This document shows, in pieces, positions 1-7,983 of a stretch of 16,053 bases of DNA (positions are counted from its first letter, which is position 1; every line of letters starts with the position of its first letter). The notes under the pieces were generated by a model that was not told where the DNA came from, did no database searches, and was given only the letters and a program-made list of their open reading frames with translations. This stretch comes from Rhodothermales bacterium (GTDB lineage: Bacteria; Bacteroidota; Rhodothermia; Rhodothermales; VXPQ01): contig JBBDTI010000089.1 in the NCBI GenBank assembly GCA_040904565.1, positions 1 to 16,053 of the forward strand, in the 5' to 3' direction. A program made the position numbers and the translations under genes.

Positions 1-2
1 TC

Positions 3-440
3 GAGAAAGTAGGGCACGTGCACGACGTGCTGCTCATCGACGATTACGCGCACCACCCGACGGAAATCACGGCAACGCTGGCGGCCGCCCACGAGGGGTG
101 GCCGGGTCGGCGCATCATAGCGGTCTTCCAGCCGCACCTGTACAGTCGGACCCGTGACTTCAAAGAGAGCTTTGCGCGCGCATTTTTTAACGCGGACGTC
201 CTCGTGATGACAGACGTGTTCGCGTCTCGCGAAGACCCGATCGAAGGTGTGAACGGCAAGAGCCTGGCAGACCTGGCCAAGACGTACGGGCATCGGAACG
301 TGCATTACGTCGGCGACAAAACGGAGCTGCCGGTGTTTCTCGCGGAATTCGTCCGGGCCAACGATACGGTCATCACGCTGGGTGCCGGCGACATCTGGCG
401 ATACGGACGAAAGCTGCTCGAACTGCTCGAACAGCGATAA
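3..440 (+). CDS. murC: UDP-N-acetylmuramate--L-alanine ligase, C-terminal part (5'-truncated by window edge)
   Basis: Frame is open from base 3 (EKVGHVHDV...). MurC motifs DDYAHHPTEI, VFQPHLYSRTRD and TLGAGDI are present. Lies directly upstream of ftsQ. Confidence 0.95.
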   Translation, partial: EKVGHVHDVLLIDDYAHHPTEITATLAAAHEGWPGRRIIAVFQPHLYSRTRDFKESFARAFFNADVLVMTDVFASREDPIEGVNGKSLADLAKTYGHRNVHYVGDKTELPVFLAEFVRANDTVITLGAGDIWRYGRKLLELLEQR

Positions 441-454
441 CCACAGACCTCGAC

Positions 455-1204
455 ATGAGAAAGAAAAAAAGAACATCGTCCATCCGGCTCATGGCCGTCG
501 CCGCGATCAGCATCGCGATGATGGGACTGACGTATGTGGGCTGGAGCTGGATGGACGGCCTGATCGTGCACAGCGTTGAGGTCGAGGGCGCCCGCCACGC
601 CGACGAAGAGGCCATCCTCGCGATGGCGAGGGTGGATTCCGGAGGGCGGCTCCTCGATGTGGACCCGACTGTTATCGCGGATAGAACGCTCCGCCATCCG
701 TGGGTACGCAGCTCCCACGTACGTCGACGCCCGCCGGGCACCGTGCGCATCGAGGTCATCGAGCGCACGCCCGTCGTGCTGGCACTAGGCCCAGGCGGGG
801 CGCCGGCCGGTTATCTCGATGCCCACGGCTACGTCATGCCCATCGTCGAAGGCGCCGTCTACGACGTCCCCTTGCTTCGTGGAGTCACGCTCCCGGAGCA
901 TCCCTCGATGCCTATCGACGCGACCCCGGTACGCGATCTCTTGGGCTCTTTCGACACGCTGGATCCGAGCGTCGACGCGCTCCTCTCCACGATCGAAGTA
1001 GGTCCCCAGGGCGAGATCATGCTTCACACCGCACCGGCGGGAACGCAGGGTTCCGTCGAGGTGCGGCTCGGTACGACCAACTTTGAAGAACAATTTGAAC
1101 GACTGAATGCCTTCTGGACGAAAGCCGTCCTGACGCGACCAGAACGAATGTTTGAAACCATCGACCTCCGTTTTGACAGCCAGATTGTCACGAGAGAAAG
1201 CTGA
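455..1204 (+). CDS. ftsQ: Cell division protein FtsQ/DivIB
   Basis: Basic N-terminus, one TM helix, POTRA-like segment (HPWVRSSHVRRRPPGTVRIEVIERTP) and C-terminal IDLRFDSQIV. Lies between murC and ftsA. Confidence 0.93.
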   Translation: MRKKKRTSSIRLMAVAAISIAMMGLTYVGWSWMDGLIVHSVEVEGARHADEEAILAMARVDSGGRLLDVDPTVIADRTLRHPWVRSSHVRRRPPGTVRIEVIERTPVVLALGPGGAPAGYLDAHGYVMPIVEGAVYDVPLLRGVTLPEHPSMPIDATPVRDLLGSFDTLDPSVDALLSTIEVGPQGEIMLHTAPAGTQGSVEVRLGTTNFEEQFERLNAFWTKAVLTRPERMFETIDLRFDSQIVTRES

Positions 1205-1237
1205 CTTATACCCTCGGGTGCCCCTATGGAAATGACG

Positions 1238-2506
1238 ATGAATGAACGCATTGTAGTAGGCGTCGATATCGGCACGACGAAAGTGTGTGCCGTCGTCGCA
1301 GCCGTCGACGACCTCAACCGCATAAATATTCTCGGCGTCGGTGTGGCCGAGTCGGATGGACTCAATCGCGGCGTGGTCGTGAACATCGACAAGACGGTTT
1401 CGGCCGTACAGTTTGCGGTGGAAGAGGCCGAACGCGCTGCGGGCGTGACCGTGCGAACGGTGATCGTGGGCATCGCCGGCGACCACGTGCAGAGCTTCCA
1501 GAGCCGCGGCGTGATCACGATCTCCAATCGAGACGGCGAGATCTCGCATCGCGACGTGCAGCGGCTCCTTGAGGATACGACCCACGTGGCGATGCCGGCG
1601 GACCGTGAAATTCTGCACGTGATTCCGCAGGAGTTCATCGTCGACGGACAGGACGGCGTTGCGGATCCCGTGGGAATGAGCGGGGTCCGTCTCGAAGCCA
1701 ACGTCCATATCATCACCGGCCTTGTCTCTGCCGCCAAGAACATCTATCGCTGCATCGAAAAGGCGGGCTATCAGGTGGAGGACATCGTGCTCGAGCCTCT
1801 CGCTTCGTCCTTCTCCGTCCTGCACCAGGATGAGAAGGAGGTCGGCGTTGCGCTCATCGACATCGGCGGGGGGACGACCGACATCGCCGTGTTTGAGGAC
1901 AATACCATCCGGCATACGGCGGTGATCGGGATTGCCGGAAACAAGGTCACCGACGACATTCGACGCGGGCTCGGCGTCATGCGAGATCAGGCCGAACAGC
2001 TCAAATGTCAGTTCGGAACGGCGCTCGTAGACCTGGTGGGCGAAGACGAGGAAATCACGATACCGGGGCTCGGAGGGAGACCGGAAAAAAGCATCGGGCG
2101 CAGCACGCTGGCACAGATTATCCAGCCACGCATGGAAGAAATCCTCGAGATTGCGGCCATCGAAATCAAGCGGAGCGGGTACGCGCGACACCTCGCCGCC
2201 GGCGTCGTCCTCACAGGCGGCGGATCGCTCATCCCGGGGACCTCGGAATTATCGGCCGAGGTGCTTGGCATGGAGACGCGGGTCGGTACTCCGATGGGAC
2301 TTGCTGGTGGGATGGTCCAGGAGGTCAGCGACCCCAAGTTTTCGACGGCCGTCGGACTCGTCCTCTACGGACTTCGACCGGATGCCGTCACAGGGACACC
2401 CCTCGGAGGCGATATGGGGCGCCGCGTCGCCAGGGATCCGGTGCCCGGTCAATCCCTCGTCGGCAAGATTGCCGGCCGGATGAAAAGCTGGTTTGACGAA
2501 CTCTAA
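1238..2506 (+). CDS. ftsA: Cell division protein FtsA
   Basis: Actin-like ATPase motifs VGVDIGTTK, LIDIGGGTTD and VVLTGGGS, plus a C-terminal amphipathic helix (GKIAGRMKSWFDEL). Start is uncertain among in-frame ATGs at 1226, 1232 and 1238. Confidence 0.97.
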   Translation: MNERIVVGVDIGTTKVCAVVAAVDDLNRINILGVGVAESDGLNRGVVVNIDKTVSAVQFAVEEAERAAGVTVRTVIVGIAGDHVQSFQSRGVITISNRDGEISHRDVQRLLEDTTHVAMPADREILHVIPQEFIVDGQDGVADPVGMSGVRLEANVHIITGLVSAAKNIYRCIEKAGYQVEDIVLEPLASSFSVLHQDEKEVGVALIDIGGGTTDIAVFEDNTIRHTAVIGIAGNKVTDDIRRGLGVMRDQAEQLKCQFGTALVDLVGEDEEITIPGLGGRPEKSIGRSTLAQIIQPRMEEILEIAAIEIKRSGYARHLAAGVVLTGGGSLIPGTSELSAEVLGMETRVGTPMGLAGGMVQEVSDPKFSTAVGLVLYGLRPDAVTGTPLGGDMGRRVARDPVPGQSLVGKIAGRMKSWFDEL

Positions 2507-2610
2507 AAGCACATGAATCCCAATACCGACACGCGCGGCAGCAAGTATGCTCAACTTGATCTGTTTGTCCGCCGTCGTCGGCTCAATGAACCACATGAAT
2601 TACCGAAACT

Positions 2611-2615
2611 GGAGG
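2611..2615 (+). promoter_or_regulatory. Shine-Dalgarno site for ftsZ
   Basis: GGAGG lies 5 nt upstream of the in-frame ATG at 2621. Confidence 0.8.
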
Positions 2616-2620
2616 ACCCA

Positions 2621-3901
2621 ATGGAAAATTCTTTCAGCTCTCGCTTCTCGTTCGACGACTCGATAGGCGATGATGCGAAGATCTGCGTGGTCGGCGTTGG
2701 AGGCGGCGGAGGAAATGCCGTTAACAACATGATCGACCGCGGGATCCAGGGCGTTGAATTCATCGCCATCAATACGGATGCCCAGGCGCTTCAGGCGAAC
2801 CAGGCGCCCATGAAACTGCAAGCCGGCTCGGACCTCACCAAGGGGCTCGGAGCCGGAGCACGGCCGAGCATCGGTGCCGAAGCGGTGGAGGAAAACCGCA
2901 AGGAAATCGAAAACGGGCTGCAGGAATTCGACATGGTGTTCATCACCGCGGGAATGGGCGGTGGAACGGGCACCGGCGGAGCCCCCGTGGTCGCGGCGAT
3001 TGCCAAAAAGCTCGGCATCCTTACCGTCGCCATCGTCACGCGTCCGTTCGATTGCGAAGGAACGCGTCGCCGTAAGACGGCCGAAGAGGGCATCTCACTC
3101 CTGAGAGAGCACGTGGACACGCTCATCATCGTGCCCAACGAGCGGCTGCTGGACATCGCGGAGGAAACCACGAGCCTCCTCGATGCCTTCGCAATGGCTG
3201 ACGACGTGCTCTACAACGCGACGCGGGGTATCTCGGACCTCATCACGGTACACGGGCTCATCAACCTCGATTTCGCGGACGTGAAGACGACGATGAAGGG
3301 GGGCGGCACGGCTCTCATGGGGGCCTCTACGGCTACCGGTGAAAACCGTTCGGAGACGGCGGCGATTGAGGCTATATCGAGCCCCCTTCTCGACGGCCTC
3401 TCCATCGCCGGCGCGCGCAACGTGCTTGTCAATATTACCGCCGGCAAGTCCCTCGGCATTCGCGAAGCCACGGCCGCAACAAGCATCATCCAGAAGGAGG
3501 CGGGCGAGGACGTGGAGGTAATCTTCGGTACCGTCATCGATGAGACGATGGGCGAAGAACTGCGCGTCACGGTGATTGCGACGGGATTCGACCGCGAGAA
3601 GAATCAGCCGGGTGAGGGCATGCGGAGGACCGTCCCGCTCAATCAGGGTGGCCCCGTGTTCCATTACAAGGGAGAAGACAACCTGAAGCATCTCGACAAA
3701 CCGGCCTACGAACGGCGGTCCACGCTGCACGACGCACAGGGAGAAGACGAGGCGGGTGAAAACGCGGAGGACCAGGCGGATGGGTCGAGCGAATCCGCCA
3801 AAATAAAGCGGCTCCAGGTCGACGATCTCCGCGATCGGCCTGAGCGTATTCGAAAGGACAACACGGATACGCCGGCCTTCCTCCGGAAAATGATGGACTG
3901 A
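2621..3901 (+). CDS. ftsZ: Cell division GTPase FtsZ
   Basis: Motifs GVGGGGGNAV, GGGTGTG (tubulin signature), INLDFADV (T7 loop) and C-terminal DTPAFLRKMMD. Start set at 2621 because of the SD. The frame is open back to the ATG at 2513. Confidence 0.98.
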   Translation: MENSFSSRFSFDDSIGDDAKICVVGVGGGGGNAVNNMIDRGIQGVEFIAINTDAQALQANQAPMKLQAGSDLTKGLGAGARPSIGAEAVEENRKEIENGLQEFDMVFITAGMGGGTGTGGAPVVAAIAKKLGILTVAIVTRPFDCEGTRRRKTAEEGISLLREHVDTLIIVPNERLLDIAEETTSLLDAFAMADDVLYNATRGISDLITVHGLINLDFADVKTTMKGGGTALMGASTATGENRSETAAIEAISSPLLDGLSIAGARNVLVNITAGKSLGIREATAATSIIQKEAGEDVEVIFGTVIDETMGEELRVTVIATGFDREKNQPGEGMRRTVPLNQGGPVFHYKGEDNLKHLDKPAYERRSTLHDAQGEDEAGENAEDQADGSSESAKIKRLQVDDLRDRPERIRKDNTDTPAFLRKMMD

Positions 3902-4023
3902 GAACGGTTCGACGAGTCCTCCAGACCACAGCCGGACCCCTGAGCAAGGTCCACACTGTCCGGGTAGACCACCCGGGCGCCGCATGTGGTTCATGCTGCA
4001 CCGCCACGAGCGGCGGGGCAGAG

Positions 4024-4066
4024 ATGAAGAAGCCGCGCCTCCTCCGATGAGGCGCGGCTTCTCCAT
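4024..4066. terminator. Strong stem-loop after ftsZ (probable terminator or mRNA-stabilising hairpin)
   Basis: Perfect 14-bp stem AGAAGCCGCGCCTC (4028-4041) / GAGGCGCGGCTTCT (4049-4062) with a 7-nt loop, extended by ATG/CAT after one mismatch. No canonical U-tract follows on either strand. Confidence 0.55.
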
Positions 4067-4236
4067 AAAACAACTGGCCGCAGGATATTAGACCGGCTGG
4101 TGACGGACGCGCCCCGGTTCTAAGATGATCGTACACCGATCACGCTGCTAGATATTCCGGTTCCCTTCGTACTATATATGGTGGCTCCGCCGTGAGACGC
4201 GGATCTCTCCTCTACCTGCATCCTTCATCCGTACTG

Positions 4237-5907
4237 ATGGTCCGACTACTCTTCTGTGCCGCCATGCTGACGGTATGGGTGCTTCCTCCGCCACCGGCCG
4301 CATTCGGCCAGTCCGACCCGCTGAAGGGCGTTGTCTGGAGTGTACCGGACGGTGTTGCCGCGGCCGAAGCCGACCTTCGCACCATGTCCGCTATGGGGGT
4401 AGAAGCCGTACGAACGGACCTGTCGATTTCAGAGCGTATCCTCGCGACGGCAGACTCGCTTGGGCTGCAGCTGTACCTGGATCTCCCGATCACGGGTCTA
4501 GCCGCCCAGCGCCTGCTGGACACGTTGGGCTACGCACTGGCGCTGGTCGATACGGCCGCGGCGCGTGCCCGGGCACATGCATCCGTCCGTGGCGTCGGGC
4601 TCGCGCGCCGGAGCGATACGTCGGATCCGGGGTCCTGTGCGTATTTCGAGGCGTTGACTGAGCGTCTTCGGACGGGTACTTCCGGCCGGGTGATTTCCTA
4701 TTACACAGGTCGCTTCGTGGGGGATGACGCCTGCTCTCACGTCGTCGATGTCGTCCTCGTGGAGTTGATGGACGTGGACGACCCAATCGGGAGGCTGCAG
4801 GGGTGGACATCGGTCGAGGGACGTCCGAGACCGGGCGTCGGCGCACTGGGATGGTGGGTTCGGAGTGATTCCTTGCGCGGACTGCGGGTACCCGATTCCC
4901 CTGAACGTCAGGCCAGGTATTTCGAGCGCTATCTTCCGATGCTTCTCGGTGATACGTCGGGCGTGACCCCGCACGTCGTTTTCGTGTATCGCTGGCGGGA
5001 CGTGCGACGAGGGAATGTAGGTGCAGCGTATGATCTGGACGATCCATTCGTGCGACGTTACGGACTGCATGCCGCGGATGGTACGCCGAGGCCGGCGCTC
5101 GACGTCGTCGAAGGCACGTTCGAGCGACGGCATGCCATGTTCGCCTTCGACACCGGCGTTCCGCCCCCGTCATCCCCGCCGTGGACGACCCTGCTCGGAT
5201 GGGGCGTACTTTCTGCACTCGGAATCATCTACGCCCTTTCACCCCGCTTTCGGCACATGGTGCCGCGCTACTTCCAGGCACGATTCTTCTTCCGCGAGGC
5301 CGTTCGCGAGGGACGGGACGTCTTGCTGGGTGTCAGCATGGTCCTACTTGCCTGCCTGGGCACGGCAGGCGGACTCACGGCGTTTGCACTGGCTGACACG
5401 GTACGCAAGTTTACGCTGTTCTCTCTCGGTCTGAGCTGGTTGTCGGCAGGGGTCCAGAGTGCTATCGTGACGCTGCTCGCCCGGCCTCTCATCCTCGTCG
5501 TACTCGTCGGGTGCGTCTATGTCGCGGGCCTTTTGATGTGGACCGTACTGCTATCCCTCCTGTCGAGTCGATATCACGGCGTTACGCCGAGCCAGGTCCT
5601 CATGCTCGTTGTATGGCCACGCTGGCCCATCTTCCTGGTCATGATCGGGGCCATGGTCGTTGCCGCAACGCCGAAGGCAGGTCTGGGTGTGGCGATCGGA
5701 CTGGCCGCCGCGTGGATCCTCGTCGAACTCGCCGCACTGCTGCAGACCCTCGTCGATATGAGTGCGGTGTCGCGCATCTCGTTGACGATCACGGCCGCAG
5801 CACTTATTCTCCACCCGTTCGTTCTTCTCGCTGCGGTCCTCGTGGCCTTCACGATGGGCTTTCAGCCCGAACTGGAATACCTCTGGCATGCAGCGACGCG
5901 GCGCTGA
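4237..5907 (+). CDS. Membrane protein: signal peptide, GH2/clan GH-A-like TIM barrel (apparently non-catalytic) and ~6 C-terminal TM helices
   Basis: Signal-like MVRLLFCAAMLTVWV...AFG/Q. GH2-like segments DLRTMSAMGVEAVRT, ADSLGL, HASVRGVGL, ERQARY and YGLHAADGTPRPA. Hydrophobic helices start at about 5182. Alternative start is GTG at 4192. Confidence 0.75.
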   Translation: MVRLLFCAAMLTVWVLPPPPAAFGQSDPLKGVVWSVPDGVAAAEADLRTMSAMGVEAVRTDLSISERILATADSLGLQLYLDLPITGLAAQRLLDTLGYALALVDTAAARARAHASVRGVGLARRSDTSDPGSCAYFEALTERLRTGTSGRVISYYTGRFVGDDACSHVVDVVLVELMDVDDPIGRLQGWTSVEGRPRPGVGALGWWVRSDSLRGLRVPDSPERQARYFERYLPMLLGDTSGVTPHVVFVYRWRDVRRGNVGAAYDLDDPFVRRYGLHAADGTPRPALDVVEGTFERRHAMFAFDTGVPPPSSPPWTTLLGWGVLSALGIIYALSPRFRHMVPRYFQARFFFREAVREGRDVLLGVSMVLLACLGTAGGLTAFALADTVRKFTLFSLGLSWLSAGVQSAIVTLLARPLILVVLVGCVYVAGLLMWTVLLSLLSSRYHGVTPSQVLMLVVWPRWPIFLVMIGAMVVAATPKAGLGVAIGLAAAWILVELAALLQTLVDMSAVSRISLTITAAALILHPFVLLAAVLVAFTMGFQPELEYLWHAATRR

Positions 5908-5930
5908 CGGCACCGGTCAATCGACGCCCA

Positions 5931-5960
5931 CGGACGACGCCGGCGGACGACGCCGGCGGA
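5931..5960. repeat. Short tandem repeat, 13-mer CGGACGACGCCGG x ~2.3
   Basis: Exact copies at 5931-5943 and 5944-5956 plus a partial CGGA, in the gap between convergent genes. Confidence 0.6.
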
Positions 5961-6043
5961 TCGACCGTCGCGGCCGGCATGGCCGATGGATATTCACTGA
6001 CGGCGCTGGCGCATTGAAGGTCGCTGCCGCGACCGGCGCAGGG

Positions 6044-7021
6044 CTAGCCAGCTTTTGCGAGCGCCGGCTCGGTACGACCGGTACTCTCGGCCCAAACGCG
6101 ATCGGAAAACGAGTAGAACGGCTTCTTGAAATGGAGCCAGCCGAAGTGCAGGGAGATGGGCGTAAACTCGATATAATCACCCCGCCCCGGTAGGCGAGTA
6201 ATCAGCCTGATCAACGCATTCCGTAGTTTACAGTGACGGATGCCGCGCAGCGAGTAGACGAAGCGATCGGAGTAGTACGTATAACGTACTTCCCGGAAGT
6301 CCGGGTCGTAGTTCGTCAAGCCTTCGATGAAGTCGAGCTGCGGACTGAGCTGTCCCTGAAACCAGGGGAGCACGGGCAGGTCGTGGCGACTCATGGCCAT
6401 TGCGAGGCTCCATTCACACGACTCCTCACTCCGCCCCTCACTGAGGCGGCTGCGAAAATGGGTGTCCTCTCGCCGCTCTAGTAGCTCGGCAGCCGTCCGG
6501 CACACGGCTTCGGCCGTATTACGATCCCCGCTGTAGATCATCCCGGCCTGTACGCGCGGAAGATGCGTGATGCCGAATCGCTCCATCGTGCGCCGCCTCC
6601 GATTGAGCAGGATGTCTATAAGGACCTCCCATCCCTTCGGCCCGCCAAAGAAAAAATCAGCGCGTTCGAGGCCTGTAGCAGTAAACGTGTAGGCGCGAAG
6701 CTGCCGCCACAACGGCTCGGGATCGCGGCACCAGACGATGTCCGCGTCCACATAGAGCGACCGCTCATACGGCATGAACTTGTGGAGGTGGTGCTTGAAG
6801 CCCACGATCGAGGCGTGCTCGTCGGGCAACAGCCCGATATCCTGAAAATGGTCGGCCACGCCGTGCGCCTCGAGCGCTTTTCGATGCGAAGGCGGGCAGA
6901 ATAGAGCGACGGGACGCTTCGGATCGTGGCGTCGAAGCGTAACGACGGACGCGAGCGCGTGGCGAACGTACCGTTCTGGACCGTATGAATGTAAGACGTA
7001 GCCTTCTCTCGGAGAGGCCAT
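6044..7021 (-). CDS. Putative GT-A fold glycosyltransferase-like protein (DxD motif)
   Basis: 325-aa ORF with an N-terminal beta-alpha unit (GYVLHSYG...ALASVVTLR), K-x5-MPYERSLYVDAD resembling GT8-like nucleotide-sugar transferases, QAGMIY and a C-terminal HFG. No signal peptide seen. Confidence 0.65.
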   Translation of the reverse strand: MASPREGYVLHSYGPERYVRHALASVVTLRRHDPKRPVALFCPPSHRKALEAHGVADHFQDIGLLPDEHASIVGFKHHLHKFMPYERSLYVDADIVWCRDPEPLWRQLRAYTFTATGLERADFFFGGPKGWEVLIDILLNRRRRTMERFGITHLPRVQAGMIYSGDRNTAEAVCRTAAELLERREDTHFRSRLSEGRSEESCEWSLAMAMSRHDLPVLPWFQGQLSPQLDFIEGLTNYDPDFREVRYTYYSDRFVYSLRGIRHCKLRNALIRLITRLPGRGDYIEFTPISLHFGWLHFKKPFYSFSDRVWAESTGRTEPALAKAG

Positions 7022-7191
7022 AGGATCTGGAGCTTACGGTGCTCAGCGCATAAAAGCTCGACGTCGTACTAAACTCGAAGCAGGCAAGCGGAGGAAGGTC
7101 ACGCTTTCCGCTCAAATGGTACAACTACGCCACCACCAGGCTGATGTTCTCAAGCCCGGATCGCTTTAACGGTTGGGCTGCGGCACTGGTT

Positions 7192-7812
7192 TTACGACTC
7201 CATCGTAGCGAGCTTCTTCCGCAGGCTCTCCATCAGGGATTCGAAGCCCCTCCGCCGGACTACGGTCTGAAAGGATCGTGCATAGCCTTCGGCCGTACTG
7301 ACGTCGTCGAGAATGATGTCGTTCACGCGCCAGGATCCATTCTTCAGTCCAAGTACGTATTCGACCGTCGTGGGAACGCCCCGATACACGGTCGTGGTTA
7401 CCGCTCGGGCCGTGTCGCCGCTGACGGTAATCTTCTCAAAGGAGACCTCGGATCGATATACGTCGAGGTTTGACAGAGACTGATTCCGGACGATCGAGCT
7501 GAAGACGTTGACGAACTCGTCTCGCTCGTCCGTCGAAAGGTCTGCCCAAAACGGACCGAGCGCGGTACGGGCCATCGCCTCGAAATCGATCCCGCCGTTC
7601 ACCACGTTTTTGAGCCGCTCGCGCTGCTCGTCGGTAAACGTCGATCGATCTCCGACAACGCGCTTGATTTCCTGATCCCTCTCGACGAGCAGCTCACGCA
7701 CCTCCGCGGCCTTTTCATCCGACGAGGACTGCGCAAAAGCCACCGAGCCGGCGCTAAACATCAAGCCGAGGATGAGCCAGGTATAGAAGAATCTGTTTAC
7801 CATAGTAGACAT
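7192..7812 (-). CDS. MlaC/Ttg2D-family periplasmic lipid-binding protein
   Basis: Signal peptide ending AFA/Q. Family motifs IDFEAMARTALGPFW, FVNVF and WRVNDIILDDVSTAEGYARSFQ. Likely start is ATG 7812 or 7803 rather than 7887. Confidence 0.88.
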   Translation of the reverse strand: MSTMVNRFFYTWLILGLMFSAGSVAFAQSSSDEKAAEVRELLVERDQEIKRVVGDRSTFTDEQRERLKNVVNGGIDFEAMARTALGPFWADLSTDERDEFVNVFSSIVRNQSLSNLDVYRSEVSFEKITVSGDTARAVTTTVYRGVPTTVEYVLGLKNGSWRVNDIILDDVSTAEGYARSFQTVVRRRGFESLMESLRKKLATMES

Positions 7813-7983
7813 CGTTGAGGGTCTGGTGCGTAAAGGCTCCACGAGGAAGATCATGCGGCACACGGTGCACCTTACTAAAATCAACAAACGTGCCGTAATC
7901 GAGTACCGCTCCGTTCGACAGCTGCCTGATGCTGTCCTGATGACGATCGATGTCAGCCGGTGCCGATCGACCGCCGCTCATAA

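Noticed and set aside
785-2191. 468-aa antisense ORF over ftsQ/ftsA
   Set aside because: Shadow ORF expected from GC-rich codon bias. It has no recognisable motifs and fully overlaps conserved genes.
3095-4066. 323-aa antisense ORF over ftsZ and its 3' region
   Set aside because: Shadow frame of ftsZ with no domain features.
5921-5960. 13-bp tandem repeat as a possible CRISPR or REP element
   Set aside because: Only ~2.3 adjacent copies, no spacers and no cas genes. Most likely replication slippage.
5888-6193. Small ORFs spanning the convergent gap, and a 6-bp hairpin at 6019-6034
   Set aside because: The ORFs are low-complexity and overlap real genes. The hairpin lacks a U-tract and is too short to call a terminator.
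7022-7191. Several 5-6 bp hairpins between the MlaC-like and GT genes
   Set aside because: Stems are short with large loops, show no riboswitch consensus, and are at chance level for this GC content.
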